Below, piece after piece: positions 10,842-20,543 of a DNA stretch of 64,000 nt. The position numbers and the translations under genes were made by a program. The stretch lies in IMG/VR virus record IMGVR_UViG_3300028624_000009, positions 5,329 through 69,328 of that record. One strand, 5' to 3'. This stretch comes from a virus (taxonomy: Duplodnaviria > Caudoviricetes). Within the stretch, counting starts at the first letter, position 1. Each line of letters starts with the position of its first letter. The notes under the pieces are model-generated. The model saw only the letters and a list, made by a program, of their open reading frames with translations. It was not told the origin of the DNA and did not search any database.

Positions 10842-10846
10842 TATAA

Positions 10847-11011
10847 TTGGCAATATATAATGTCTTAGTGGATATAGTCGGCACCGCCAGCGTAATGGTA
10901 GAAGCAGATAACGAAGCAGATGCCGAAGAGGTAGCAATAGAAGCAGTTAACGATGGTGAAGGCGAAATCGATTATGAACCCCTTGGCATATGCGAGATAA
11001 CACCACAATGA
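10847..11011 (+). CDS. Small acidic protein (54 aa, not in the ORF track)
   Basis: TTG start after GGTGA; MAIYNVLVDIVGTASVMVEADNEADAEEVA. Confidence 0.55.
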   Translation: MAIYNVLVDIVGTASVMVEADNEADAEEVAIEAVNDGEGEIDYEPLGICEITPQ

Positions 11012-11115
11012 CTCCGCGTCTGAGAAATATAGATTATACGAGCCTATCAAAAGCATCCGCCAAAGAATCAGATGAACTCGACCCAGAGGATTTCGAATGA
11101 CGCGAATTATAACCG

Positions 11116-13683
11116 ATGCCAAGATGTCGGTTTCAGGGGGCTATACGAACGGAACTCCAAATAATTGATGCAACATATGGTTATGATGCGGATGGGCTCC
11201 CCGTCATAACTCTTTTCGGCCTGACAAAAGAAGGAGATCCTGTCACAAAGTATGTCACGGGGTTTCTTCCCTACTTCTACATAGATTCGGACAACGTTGA
11301 GGGAATAGACCAGCTATTAACGGGCATCGCCGATTCTATCGGGATCATGATAAAAACCGATGTTGTAGATCGTTTCGGCCCCCTGGGATATCAATCCAGA
11401 CCACGAAAAATGATAAAGGTAACGACCCGCAATCCGAAAGATGTGAAAATCCTCCGGGAATTTTGCGAGCAAAGCCACTACACTACCCATGAAAGTGACA
11501 TTTTTTTCAAGGATCGCTTCATGGTGGATCATGAGTTGTCGGGTATGAGTTGGTGTATAGTTCCGAAAAAACAATACATCCATCATACGGATATTATTCC
11601 CCAGGGAGATCGAACCAATGCACCATTGAGGATAATGGCCATTGATATCGAGGCTATACCAAAAGAGAACGGTGGACTGCCAACCTCAGATGAAGATCCG
11701 ATAGTTTTGATCAGTCTGGCCTTTGATCCACCGTGGAGAGGGCAAGAAAACGTTGTCATGGTGGCCAAAAACATCAAATGCACCCGAAAAGACGTGATTC
11801 CATCCGAGGGGGAAGATGACATGCTTCACAAGCTGGGATTCATCCTGGATGAGTATGATCCAACCGTGATAGGAGGATACAACTCAAACGGGTTTGATAT
11901 CCCGTATATAACCGATAGGGCCAAAAGGCTGGGAGTTTCCCTCTCAATGTCCAGGGATGGGAGATCTGCGTGGTGCAAGAGTTATATGGGCAAGAGCACC
12001 GTCTCACTGAACGGACGAATTTCACTTGACATGCTTCCAGCAGTTAAAGCATTGGATAAATACCGATTGAAGAGTTATCGTCTGGCAAACGTGGCCAAAG
12101 AAATTTTAGATATCGAGAAGCTGGATGTTAAACCGGGTGAAATGCGAGAATTGTGGTCCGGACCAGGAATCAACAAATTCATCTCATATTCAAGACGTGA
12201 CGCATTGCTGGTCTTGGAGCTGATCAAAAAAACAGGAGTCCTTGAAAAGTACATCGCTCTGGCCAAGGCAAGCGGGGCATTCCTGCAAGTCGTAGTTAAT
12301 GGCGGCCAAAGCAGTATGATCGAGGCCAAGCTCCTTCGGGAATACAATGCAGAGGGCTATGTAATGGGCACTAAAATGGCTCTGGAAGATGATGATATAG
12401 CCCAGGTTGAAGGTGCAATTGTTCTCGATCCAGAAATCGGCCTAACCGAGAATGTGGTTATACTCGATTTCAAATCACTATACCCAACAACCATGATCGC
12501 CAGGAACCTATGCTACACGACCGAAATCAGAGACGAATGTCCAGACTGCAACATCACGATATCTCCCAGCGGCGGACGATTTGTACCCCCGGAAATCAGG
12601 CTGGGCATAGTACCAAGGGTATTAGAAAAGTTGCTGGACGAACGCATAAAAGCCAAAAAAGCAATGAAGGTCCCTGGGATATCCGAAGAAGAAAAGCGAC
12701 AACTAGATGCCAAGCAATATGCTATGAAGATATTGCTGAACAGCTTCTATGGCTACTCGGGATACGCTCGAGCAAGACTGTATAGCCCAGTGATTGCCAA
12801 CTCAGTAACAAGCTACGGGAGAGAGAATCTGATCAGAACCAGAAAGATAGTTGAAGAACATGAACTATTCATGCTAAACGATGAATCATTTAAACTAAAA
12901 ACGATAGCAGGCGACACCGACAGCATTTTTATATCTATAACTGGAAATATTGACTTTTATAAAGCTAAACAAATAGGAAAAAAGATCGCATCCATCGTTA
13001 CAGCAGACCTACCAAAGCCAATGGAACTAGTTTTCGAAGCATTTGCCAAAAGAATACTCATTTTGGCAAAGAAACATTACGCGATGTATAGATTCGAGTC
13101 AGAAGGAAAAGGCGAAATAAAAGCAAAGGGAATAGAGACGGTTCGGCGAGATTGGTGCAATTTCACTTCAAAGGCGCTTACGAAATGCCTGGAAACTATT
13201 CTGATTGACGGAGATGTTGATGCAGCTCTGGCTCAGGCCAGAAAAACCATAGCCTCCATAAAGAACCCAACCCCGGACATCTTTAACGATCTGATTATGT
13301 CAAGAACATTGACCAGAAAACCGGAAAACTATATGCAACCGCAACCGCATGCAGAACTTGTCAAGAAACTTGAGCATCGAGGGGTTTTCAAATATGCAAT
13401 CGGAGATAGAGTTCCTTTTATCATCATCGCGAGCCAACGAAAAGCAGGCCGCCGAGCAGAAATGATGACATTGCGGGCCGAAGATCCTGAGTACGTAGTC
13501 GAAAACAACCTAAAAATAGACACGGACTACTATCTATCCAAGCAACTGCTTCCTCCCTTATTAAGGATGTTCGAAAGCTTTGGGATAAATGAGCTAGATC
13601 TGCTGCAACCATCTAGACAGCAATCCCTAACAAAGTTTGAAATAGAAAAAAGACATCACATCCAACAGGTGTGCACAACATGA
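11116..13683 (+). CDS. polB: Family B DNA polymerase, RNA-primed archaeal type, with C-terminal PIP box
   Basis: DIE exonuclease motif, GYNSNGFD, DFKSLYPT, KILLNSFYGY, GDTDS, KGIETVRRD; QQSLTKF. Confidence 0.97.
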   Translation: MPRCRFQGAIRTELQIIDATYGYDADGLPVITLFGLTKEGDPVTKYVTGFLPYFYIDSDNVEGIDQLLTGIADSIGIMIKTDVVDRFGPLGYQSRPRKMIKVTTRNPKDVKILREFCEQSHYTTHESDIFFKDRFMVDHELSGMSWCIVPKKQYIHHTDIIPQGDRTNAPLRIMAIDIEAIPKENGGLPTSDEDPIVLISLAFDPPWRGQENVVMVAKNIKCTRKDVIPSEGEDDMLHKLGFILDEYDPTVIGGYNSNGFDIPYITDRAKRLGVSLSMSRDGRSAWCKSYMGKSTVSLNGRISLDMLPAVKALDKYRLKSYRLANVAKEILDIEKLDVKPGEMRELWSGPGINKFISYSRRDALLVLELIKKTGVLEKYIALAKASGAFLQVVVNGGQSSMIEAKLLREYNAEGYVMGTKMALEDDDIAQVEGAIVLDPEIGLTENVVILDFKSLYPTTMIARNLCYTTEIRDECPDCNITISPSGGRFVPPEIRLGIVPRVLEKLLDERIKAKKAMKVPGISEEEKRQLDAKQYAMKILLNSFYGYSGYARARLYSPVIANSVTSYGRENLIRTRKIVEEHELFMLNDESFKLKTIAGDTDSIFISITGNIDFYKAKQIGKKIASIVTADLPKPMELVFEAFAKRILILAKKHYAMYRFESEGKGEIKAKGIETVRRDWCNFTSKALTKCLETILIDGDVDAALAQARKTIASIKNPTPDIFNDLIMSRTLTRKPENYMQPQPHAELVKKLEHRGVFKYAIGDRVPFIIIASQRKAGRRAEMMTLRAEDPEYVVENNLKIDTDYYLSKQLLPPLLRMFESFGINELDLLQPSRQQSLTKFEIEKRHHIQQVCTT

Positions 13684-15188
13684 AAAAGATATTGGGGTTT
13701 ATATTCCTATTGCTGTTTGTGTCTAGCGTGGCCGGTACATATCCAGCTCCCTACCAATTTGCAGGTCCCGTGACTCCGCCCATATCAATGCCGGAGCTTC
13801 AGTCGATCAATATATCGCGCAACTTTGTGTTTCCAGAACCAAAGTTTGTCGAGCTTGAGCTTGATCCGAATGCATTCCAACTTGAAAATATAAGTGAAGA
13901 TGACATCATAGAAACCGAAAATGAGCCAGTTGCTGGAACGGATGTTTTAATTGAAAATGATAGCGAAATATTCACACCAGCTGCCGATGAGTTGGTCGAA
14001 TCATCTGAAGATATCCAGTATTCTGCCGATGTCATTGTCTATCAGCAAGGCCAAAACATCATAGCCGAAACCGCAGATGGCAAAGAACTAGCAACGGCTC
14101 CAATATCATCGGATGTGTCCGGTCTGTTCAAGATTGCTGTAGATGCCGTGCCGGACGGTGGTAGCCTGCATATTGGCTCCGGCAAGTATAGCGTATCTGC
14201 ACCTTATGAGTTTGCACTGAATCCGGATGGCACAAATATCTTCTATAATGCTATTCAGGTTCTCGACAAGGACATGCATATCAGCGGCGATGGGGTGGAT
14301 GAGACCATCATCCAGCTACTTCCAGGCCAACGCAGCCCTGCAAGGCATGTGGCCATGGTCCTCATCCGGGGCACCAGGGGATTTGATCCTGGATATGACG
14401 AGTTCTCTGTCGCCGATCTGACTTTGGACGGCAATAGAGGCAGTCAGACAGATGGTCAACCTCATGACGGCGAAGGCCTGATCCTGGTAGGGTCTGAGAG
14501 GACGGATGGTTATTATTACAATCTTCATCTGGAGAATTCCTGGGGGTCGGGCATCTATCTGGGTAACAATGGCGCAGGCAACAGCGGGACCAATGAGACG
14601 GTCTCCCATGTCGTGGCTCGGAACTGCGGTGCAGAAGGGATCATCCTCGATACCTGCCACCATAGCAGAGTGATTGATTGCGAAGGCTGGCAGTGTCGCG
14701 AAGGTGTCGTCCTCTACGGCAACGATGATTGGAAAAGCCGGACCCCGGACGACGTGAGCGCATCCCGATTCAAGACCGATAGTCAGGTCACGGTCTGGCA
14801 GGTCAATGATTTTAAACTCAGTGAAATTGACATGGACTGCACAAATACCATCGGATCGTATGGCCTGATGATTCGCGACGGAACCGGAACGGTCGAGAAC
14901 TCTGTTCTGGTTAGCAGCAAGGATCGAGCAGATTCTACTGGCGGGGCGACCTACATCATTGAAGGGTCAGACGTCAAGATCATCGATAGCCGACTGGAAG
15001 GCTATTTCGGCGTCCACGCGATAGGCCGTGCTAAGGTTGAGGTCACGAACTGCCGGATAGATGCTCCTGGTGGATGTTTCTGCACAACCGACCCAGCTCC
15101 TGTTCAAAGCACCATAATCGTGAAAAACTGTACTTGCTCCGGGCTCAGGGCCGCGATGCAAACAGGTGCCATGCTGATAGAAGGATAA
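13671..15188 (+). CDS. Secreted right-handed beta-helix (pectin-lyase-like) protein
   Basis: Signal peptide MKKILGFIFLLLFVSSVAG; GxGxDxTII, LTLDGN, PbH1-like repeats. Confidence 0.8.
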   Translation: MHNMKKILGFIFLLLFVSSVAGTYPAPYQFAGPVTPPISMPELQSINISRNFVFPEPKFVELELDPNAFQLENISEDDIIETENEPVAGTDVLIENDSEIFTPAADELVESSEDIQYSADVIVYQQGQNIIAETADGKELATAPISSDVSGLFKIAVDAVPDGGSLHIGSGKYSVSAPYEFALNPDGTNIFYNAIQVLDKDMHISGDGVDETIIQLLPGQRSPARHVAMVLIRGTRGFDPGYDEFSVADLTLDGNRGSQTDGQPHDGEGLILVGSERTDGYYYNLHLENSWGSGIYLGNNGAGNSGTNETVSHVVARNCGAEGIILDTCHHSRVIDCEGWQCREGVVLYGNDDWKSRTPDDVSASRFKTDSQVTVWQVNDFKLSEIDMDCTNTIGSYGLMIRDGTGTVENSVLVSSKDRADSTGGATYIIEGSDVKIIDSRLEGYFGVHAIGRAKVEVTNCRIDAPGGCFCTTDPAPVQSTIIVKNCTCSGLRAAMQTGAMLIEG

Positions 15189-15227
15189 GGCACCTATCTT
15201 TTTTTTATCATCGGCCAAAAGCTTTAT

Positions 15228-15533
15228 ATGTTATTTGATACATCTCCATGTCGGGTGAGATACATGTTTGTATCGTTGCTAGGTAATAAACACGTAATCC
15301 GGATCTTGGATTTCATGATCTGCAATGCTCCAAGACATTTCAGCAAGAGCGAGATGATTGCGGCAATGCACATGGGACGACCAAGTTTCTACGAGGCATG
15401 GAAAATGCTTGAGGATCTGAATATAGTTAAGGCAATAGATTCTGAAAAGAACTTTAGATATTATGTTCTAAATAAAGAAAACTCCATAGTAAAGACAATT
15501 CTAAAATTGCATGCACAGCTTATGGGAGATTGA
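15228..15533 (+). CDS. Archaeal wHTH regulator
   Basis: IRILDFMI...FSKSEM....GRPSFY...L...NIV...Y.LNKEN. Confidence 0.7.
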   Translation: MLFDTSPCRVRYMFVSLLGNKHVIRILDFMICNAPRHFSKSEMIAAMHMGRPSFYEAWKMLEDLNIVKAIDSEKNFRYYVLNKENSIVKTILKLHAQLMGD

Positions 15534-17137
15534 TAGCCGTGGAGGGAACTAAACTAGAAATGGTCACGGCTACCAATAATAACAAGCCATGCCAGGATTT
15601 AAAGATTGTGGACTTGAATAAATATAACGTATATCCTTCATACAGAGTAGGACAGAAAGAAGCAATTGAATCAATATTAAGTACATATGAAAAAATAAGA
15701 TCTGGAGAAATAAATTCAAAAATAGTTGAATTGCCAAGCCCAACCGGATCGGGCAAGACCATAATTAATCGTGCAGCTGGAAAAGCGTTGTTGGAATTAT
15801 ATCCAGACGAAATTAAAAAAGTGGTATATACCACCCCGCTTAAAGCCCTGGTCTACCAAATTGAGGAAGATGAGCAACTGGGCATTCCCGTGGTTCTTGG
15901 AAAAAGCAACTATGATTGCCTGTTGCTGGAAGGTCTAGACGCATCAGATTGCCCATTCCGATCCGCAAGTCTTGCAAGCAGAAAACCAAAAATCTGCAAT
16001 AGGTGCCCATACACCCGAGCTAAGTATGCTTTTAGGGATGCAGATCTAGCAGCGTGCACCTTGGATTTCTTCATATATAACCGGGCCGCAACAGACGTTC
16101 TCATAATCGATGAATCGGCAAGCCTTGAGGATAAACTCCTAAATCACTTCGGTATAGCTCTGCCAGAGAATATTGATCTTGAGAACCTGACCGACTCGAT
16201 CCATGGATGGATGATATCGCTAGAGGAGGAATCCGAGAACTACACCGAGATGCTTGAGAGTATGAACCTGAGTTCAACCAGCAATACAAACCTCTTGAAT
16301 GATATCCGGTATCTGACCACCAAGTTGACCAAGATCGAACGGCAGGTGGCCAAGTGCGGAAGGATATTGCAGGTCATTTCCAGCAATGATAAAGCATATT
16401 TCATTGACAAGGATAGAAACTTGAAACTGGTTCGCGGGGAATACCCTTTCAATTCCATGGCCAGCCGAGTAAAATTGGTTATAATGAGTTCTGGAACCCC
16501 AACAACATCGCTCATATGTCGAAACTATTCGCGAGTCGAAGCAGTTCATCCTATTCCTAAGAAAAATAGGTTAATATATTACGAACCTATTGGAAAGATG
16601 AGTCGAAGCAATATAGATAACACCGTGCCAAATATGGCGCGGCGTATATTGGAGATACACAGGGAATACCCGAGACAAACCATAGTGCATTGCCACTCAT
16701 ATGGCATTGCACAAAAATTGAAGGACAACATGAGGCACCCGAAGGTTCTACAGCAAACCCCCGGACATCGCGAGGATGCTCTCCGGCAATTCATGAGATC
16801 CAAGGAATGTATTTTCCTATCAGTGAACTACGCTGAGGGAATCAACCTGAAAGGAGAAAACTTCCAACGAAACATCATCGCGAAGGTTCCATATCCATCA
16901 CTTGGTGATGAATGGGTTATCAAAAGAAATGAAACTGACAAGGCAGAGTTAAACATCGACAAGTGGTATAGATTGACAACAGCTGTAGCAATCCAACAAG
17001 CAGCTGGGAGAACAACCAGAGACCCTGATGATTTCAGCAAGACATATATTCTGGACTCAAACTTCGGGTTTTTTTATTCGCAGAACAAGAATCTATTGGA
17101 ACCGTGGTTCCGAGACGCAATAGTGTGGAGGAAATAA
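15530..17137 (+). CDS. XPD/Rad3/DinG-family SF2 helicase with Fe-S cysteines
   Basis: SPTGSGKT, IIDES, SGT, EGINL, QQAAGRTTR; four Cys after motif Ia. Confidence 0.9.
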   Translation: MIAVEGTKLEMVTATNNNKPCQDLKIVDLNKYNVYPSYRVGQKEAIESILSTYEKIRSGEINSKIVELPSPTGSGKTIINRAAGKALLELYPDEIKKVVYTTPLKALVYQIEEDEQLGIPVVLGKSNYDCLLLEGLDASDCPFRSASLASRKPKICNRCPYTRAKYAFRDADLAACTLDFFIYNRAATDVLIIDESASLEDKLLNHFGIALPENIDLENLTDSIHGWMISLEEESENYTEMLESMNLSSTSNTNLLNDIRYLTTKLTKIERQVAKCGRILQVISSNDKAYFIDKDRNLKLVRGEYPFNSMASRVKLVIMSSGTPTTSLICRNYSRVEAVHPIPKKNRLIYYEPIGKMSRSNIDNTVPNMARRILEIHREYPRQTIVHCHSYGIAQKLKDNMRHPKVLQQTPGHREDALRQFMRSKECIFLSVNYAEGINLKGENFQRNIIAKVPYPSLGDEWVIKRNETDKAELNIDKWYRLTTAVAIQQAAGRTTRDPDDFSKTYILDSNFGFFYSQNKNLLEPWFRDAIVWRK

Positions 17138-17284
17138 CATGATAAAAGAGGGGGCTACATCGCTCGAAAGGACTAAACGTATGTTGGAAACGTTGCGGAC
17201 CATATATGGCAGATCAAAAATAGCGTCTGAAACAAAGGGACAAAAAAGACTCAGAGATTTTGAGAAGAAGGAGGGATAAGATCC

Positions 17285-17536
17285 CTACCTCTTCAGAGCA
17301 CCAGACATGCAGGCAGACTTAGCCTTAGCCCTTTCCATACCGGTCATTCCGCGAGTTGCAGCAGAGCACTCCTTGGAAGCGGTAGAAAAAGCAGCCTGGT
17401 ATGCCTTCAGATGTTCAGGATTATATCCTTTCGCATAGCTTGCTCTCTTCAGGTACGGCTTGCCGTACCCGGACATCACGAGACCAGCATTAGCGGTCTC
17501 TCCGAGGGGTATAAATGCCATATTTGTATCCTCCAA
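17285..17536 (-). CDS. Small basic protein with PsiF-like Cys pair
   Basis: ASKECS...GMTGMERAKAKSACMS; own TATA-like promoter upstream. Confidence 0.55.
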   Translation of the reverse strand: MEDTNMAFIPLGETANAGLVMSGYGKPYLKRASYAKGYNPEHLKAYQAAFSTASKECSAATRGMTGMERAKAKSACMSGALKR

Positions 17537-17608
17537 GATGGAAGACGTTCATCAGGATACTTATATGTTTTCGTAAAAAAAAAAGTTGACGTAAAAAGGA
17601 AAGTGTAC

Positions 17609-17713
17609 CTAGCCCTGGCCTGAGAAAGACTCAGACAGAATGCCAGCCCCGGCCTGCACCAGCGGCAGGAGAACGATGATGAGCCACCACACTTTGGTAG
17701 GATCTATTTTCAC
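17609..17713 (-). CDS. 34-aa membrane peptide (not in the ORF track)
   Basis: GTG start after GAGGT; MKIDPTKVWWLIIVLLPLVQAGAGILSESFSGQG. Confidence 0.55.
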   Translation of the reverse strand: MKIDPTKVWWLIIVLLPLVQAGAGILSESFSGQG

Positions 17714-17722
17714 GAAATTACC

Positions 17723-17926
17723 TCATTTAGATTTTTTGGCCGTCTTCTTCGTGGACTTGGCGGGCTCGGCTTTCTTTTCCTTCTTGGCTTTCTCGGATGC
17801 CACCAATTCATCCAATGCCTGAAAGTCCTTGTCGAGAGGAACTTTGGCAGCCTTCGACAGAGCGGTGATCTGTTTTCTCAGTGCCGCTATCTGGTCATCG
17901 ATGCTGATCTTGTCGTCATTTCCGCC
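17723..17926 (-). CDS. Coiled-coil/Lys-rich protein lacking an in-frame start (probable 1-nt deletion)
   Basis: DDKISIDDQIAALRKQITALS...KKTAKKSK; ATGAC appears where ATGGAC would restore the frame. Confidence 0.5.
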   Translation of the reverse strand, partial: GGNDDKISIDDQIAALRKQITALSKAAKVPLDKDFQALDELVASEKAKKEKKAEPAKSTKKTAKKSK

Positions 17927-18505
17927 TCACGAATTGAACGGCTGAACCTTGCAGGTCACCGTCGCGCCATCATCAGTCTTAGTTGCTACGATCTTGATGT
18001 AATCAGGGATATTAGAGATTACAAAGAAGCCGCTGATATCGGTAGTGATTTCGCTTGCTGCCAGACCAGTTGCCTTATCAAGCAACGGCACGAACGTCAG
18101 CCCGCTGCCCATCGCGCCCAGAACGCTGATCGTCCAAGTCTTGTCGTTCGCGTCACTGACAAAATGCACCAGCAACGAATTAAATCCTCGGCAATCGATT
18201 TCTGCGCTAGTGGCCGTATCTGTAATCGCACTGTGAGCGGTTGTTATTGCGCCCTTAGTCATCTTGTCTACGTCTATTGAATCTAACGAAGAATCGAGTG
18301 GCAGCAACTTTATACCAGTTGTCCGAAGCAACGTTTCAACATCTGCGAGATCAGCTTTCATGAGGGCGATGTCAGCCGACATACTGGCAAGATCACCCGA
18401 GGCAGTATCGGGAGTGGCATCGGCCAGGGCTTTGACGGCGGTCTTGATATCTCCGGCGGTGGCTTCGGTCGCCAAATTCACAGGATGAATTACAACTCGG
18501 ACCAT
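17927..18505 (-). CDS. Putative virion fibre/spike-type protein, paralogous in part to 47790..48806
   Basis: Shared ATEATxGDIKTA, PDTAxGDLA and ADIALMxADLA motifs; beta-rich C-terminus. Confidence 0.55.
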   Translation of the reverse strand: MVRVVIHPVNLATEATAGDIKTAVKALADATPDTASGDLASMSADIALMKADLADVETLLRTTGIKLLPLDSSLDSIDVDKMTKGAITTAHSAITDTATSAEIDCRGFNSLLVHFVSDANDKTWTISVLGAMGSGLTFVPLLDKATGLAASEITTDISGFFVISNIPDYIKIVATKTDDGATVTCKVQPFNS

Positions 18506-18524
18506 GAAGAGTAACTATGCAGTA

Positions 18525-18558
18525 TTGATAAATAAAGATTGCTGGAAAAAAAGAAGAA
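18525..18558 (-). promoter_or_regulatory. 34-bp T-tract plus TATA-like promoter block, copy A
   Basis: Exact reverse complement of 47724-47757. Confidence 0.75.
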
Positions 18559-18815
18559 TTAGATCTGAACTACATCCAAAGATTCATTCCACGCAATTAA
18601 AGTGTTATTATAATCTATGATATATATTTTATCATCATCCATAAAAACAGCCCTGGCATGAATGATGATAGGTTGCGGTTCGGACGGTTGCGTAGTCAAC
18701 GATGGAGGGGGGTATACGTCCTCGCCTGATAGATAGCTGGCTATCGTCACTACCCGGCAAGGACTGACACCACGCTGACAAGTACAGCCAGGATTTTCTG
18801 GAAATCGGTAGTCAT
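18559..18815 (-). CDS. Membrane-anchored protein, apparently frameshifted at a G-run
   Basis: MTTDFQKILAVLVSVVSVLAG joins VVTIASYLSGEDVYPPP if one G is added. Confidence 0.45.
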
Positions 18816-18898
18816 CGCCTTGGCCAAAAAATGTAGATAAATAAAAATAGCATGATCCAGAAGCCCAGCGTGGCACCCAGGGCTTCTAGCTCGTACAT
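18812..18898 (-). CDS. 28-aa transmembrane peptide, in frame after the TAG of the upstream gene
   Basis: MYELEALGATLGFWIMLFLFIYIFWPRR. Confidence 0.5.
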   Translation of the reverse strand: MYELEALGATLGFWIMLFLFIYIFWPRR

Positions 18899-18901
18899 GC
18901 T

Positions 18902-19609
18902 CTAGGCCTCGATGTCCTCAACCGTCACTACGTGGTTTTTTGTGACAGTGATGACCTCTCCGGGTGCTAGTGTAGTCTGCGGCAATTCCAGCTCGCCAAG
19001 CTTGTCATCTATTGCCTTGATATCATAGAGAGTCCGGCTACCAACGTTCTCGATGGTGAATGTGTAGACTACTTCCTTCCCAACACCAACAGAGCTTACG
19101 TCAGTGAGTTTGGTGATCTTGATGTCAGGAATGGCCTCGATCTCGAACGCTGCGCTAGCATTGAGGGTGATGGTCTGACCTGCCCCATTCATGGTAGCAA
19201 CCGCATAGTTGATAATAGGACCAGGGAGCATAGCTTCAGTGACTGGCATCTGAGCAGTTCCTTCAGCATACTCGCCAGGACCTATCTCGGATACATCCAT
19301 GTTTATAGGCCCGAGCAGGTCGTCAACTACCTTGATACCAGAGAGCTTTGCAGTTCCGGTATTAGATAGCCTGAAAGTGTAATTTGCCATCTCACCTGGC
19401 TTGTAGGTCTTCTTCTCAACATCCTTCAGGAAAGCGCCGGATGCCGTCTCATTGACTACGATGGACGCGGCAGACTGGTTGCTTACCATCCCACCAGTAG
19501 AATCATTACCAGTGACGGTAACAGTGTTCTTCAGCTCTGCGGCAAGGGCAGAGCCTCCTACGATACCAAATATCGCGAAAATCGCGACCAACAGATATAT
19601 CTGTCTCAT
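18902..19609 (-). CDS. Secreted protein with two DUF11/DUF7507-like Ig repeats
   Basis: Signal peptide; two YTFxxxNxGxxxLxxIxxxDDxLG...LxPGE repeats. Confidence 0.8.
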   Translation of the reverse strand: MRQIYLLVAIFAIFGIVGGSALAAELKNTVTVTGNDSTGGMVSNQSAASIVVNETASGAFLKDVEKKTYKPGEMANYTFRLSNTGTAKLSGIKVVDDLLGPINMDVSEIGPGEYAEGTAQMPVTEAMLPGPIINYAVATMNGAGQTITLNASAAFEIEAIPDIKITKLTDVSSVGVGKEVVYTFTIENVGSRTLYDIKAIDDKLGELELPQTTLAPGEVITVTKNHVVTVEDIEA

Positions 19610-19676
19610 TTTTTATCCTCCGAGGATACTTATTCTAGGTATTAAGCAGGTATAACCTTTTCGGTCAGAAGATTGT

Positions 19677-20543
19677 TTATTTGGCGGCCCTCTCTTTTCG
19701 GGCCGCCGGTGCTGCGTTTTCGGATTGGGTCCCATTCTCGGATACTACCTCCAAGACAGGCTCGCCCTGGGAGATGTTCAAGCCCCGAATTATCTTGCCA
19801 TCAACCAGGGTGTAATTGTACTTGCTATCGTTGGCTGGCAAGATATATAACCCATCCGGTACTGTCGGATCGAGGATCATGTCACGATTGAGTTCTTCGC
19901 ACGACCCGAGCCAGCTTTCAGGTACTATGGGCTCTTTGCTGACATTGAGGTGAGTATTCAGCAAATATCTACCAACCTGATCAATTTCCTCGATAGTAGC
20001 TGGCCTTCTGCCATCGTAGTTATAAACACGGCCACGGATGGTTGCTAATCCGTCTCTGGTATCTAACCAGAACATGGAATCTAGGCTCTCATCGCCTGCT
20101 TCGGTGGCTGACATGGAAATCTCTGAAGCAAACGAGGCATTGCCAGCTATCTTGGTGGCCCTATACTCTACTTTATGACCAGCTCTCGAACCCTTGACCA
20201 AATACTGCGTTTTGTATCCTCCGTTCGCAGAAGTCACAACAAACTGACTTTTGGCCACTTCGATATTATCATTGTCATCCCATGACCGAGAATAATCATA
20301 GATGATAGAAGCATTTTCGGCCATAGCCAAGTCGGCGCTGTGTTCGGAATCGTGTCGGATACTACCAGTACCAGTACCCACGATGGATGTGTCCAACACG
20401 TTTCCTGATCCGCCGGTGCCAACGATGTAGAATATCGCAATTAAAGCAAGCCCCGCAAGGAGGCATGAAGCATAAAAATACTTTCGTATGTCTTCCGGAG
20501 TAAATAGTTTAGTCATCGTTGCCTCCTCGTGGGCAAAACGCAA
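19677..20543 (-). CDS. Membrane-anchored beta-rich exported protein
   Basis: N-terminal TM helix LLAGLALIAIFYIV. Confidence 0.6.
   Translation of the reverse strand: MRFAHEEATMTKLFTPEDIRKYFYASCLLAGLALIAIFYIVGTGGSGNVLDTSIVGTGTGSIRHDSEHSADLAMAENASIIYDYSRSWDDNDNIEVAKSQFVVTSANGGYKTQYLVKGSRAGHKVEYRATKIAGNASFASEISMSATEAGDESLDSMFWLDTRDGLATIRGRVYNYDGRRPATIEEIDQVGRYLLNTHLNVSKEPIVPESWLGSCEELNRDMILDPTVPDGLYILPANDSKYNYTLVDGKIIRGLNISQGEPVLEVVSENGTQSENAAPAARKERAAK

Noticed and set aside
17723-17929. UGA readthrough or selenocysteine extension of 17927..18505
   Set aside because: One missing G (ATGAC vs ATGGAC) gives a normal gene. Similar single-G losses at ~18755 and ~43545 point to homopolymer sequencing errors rather than recoding.
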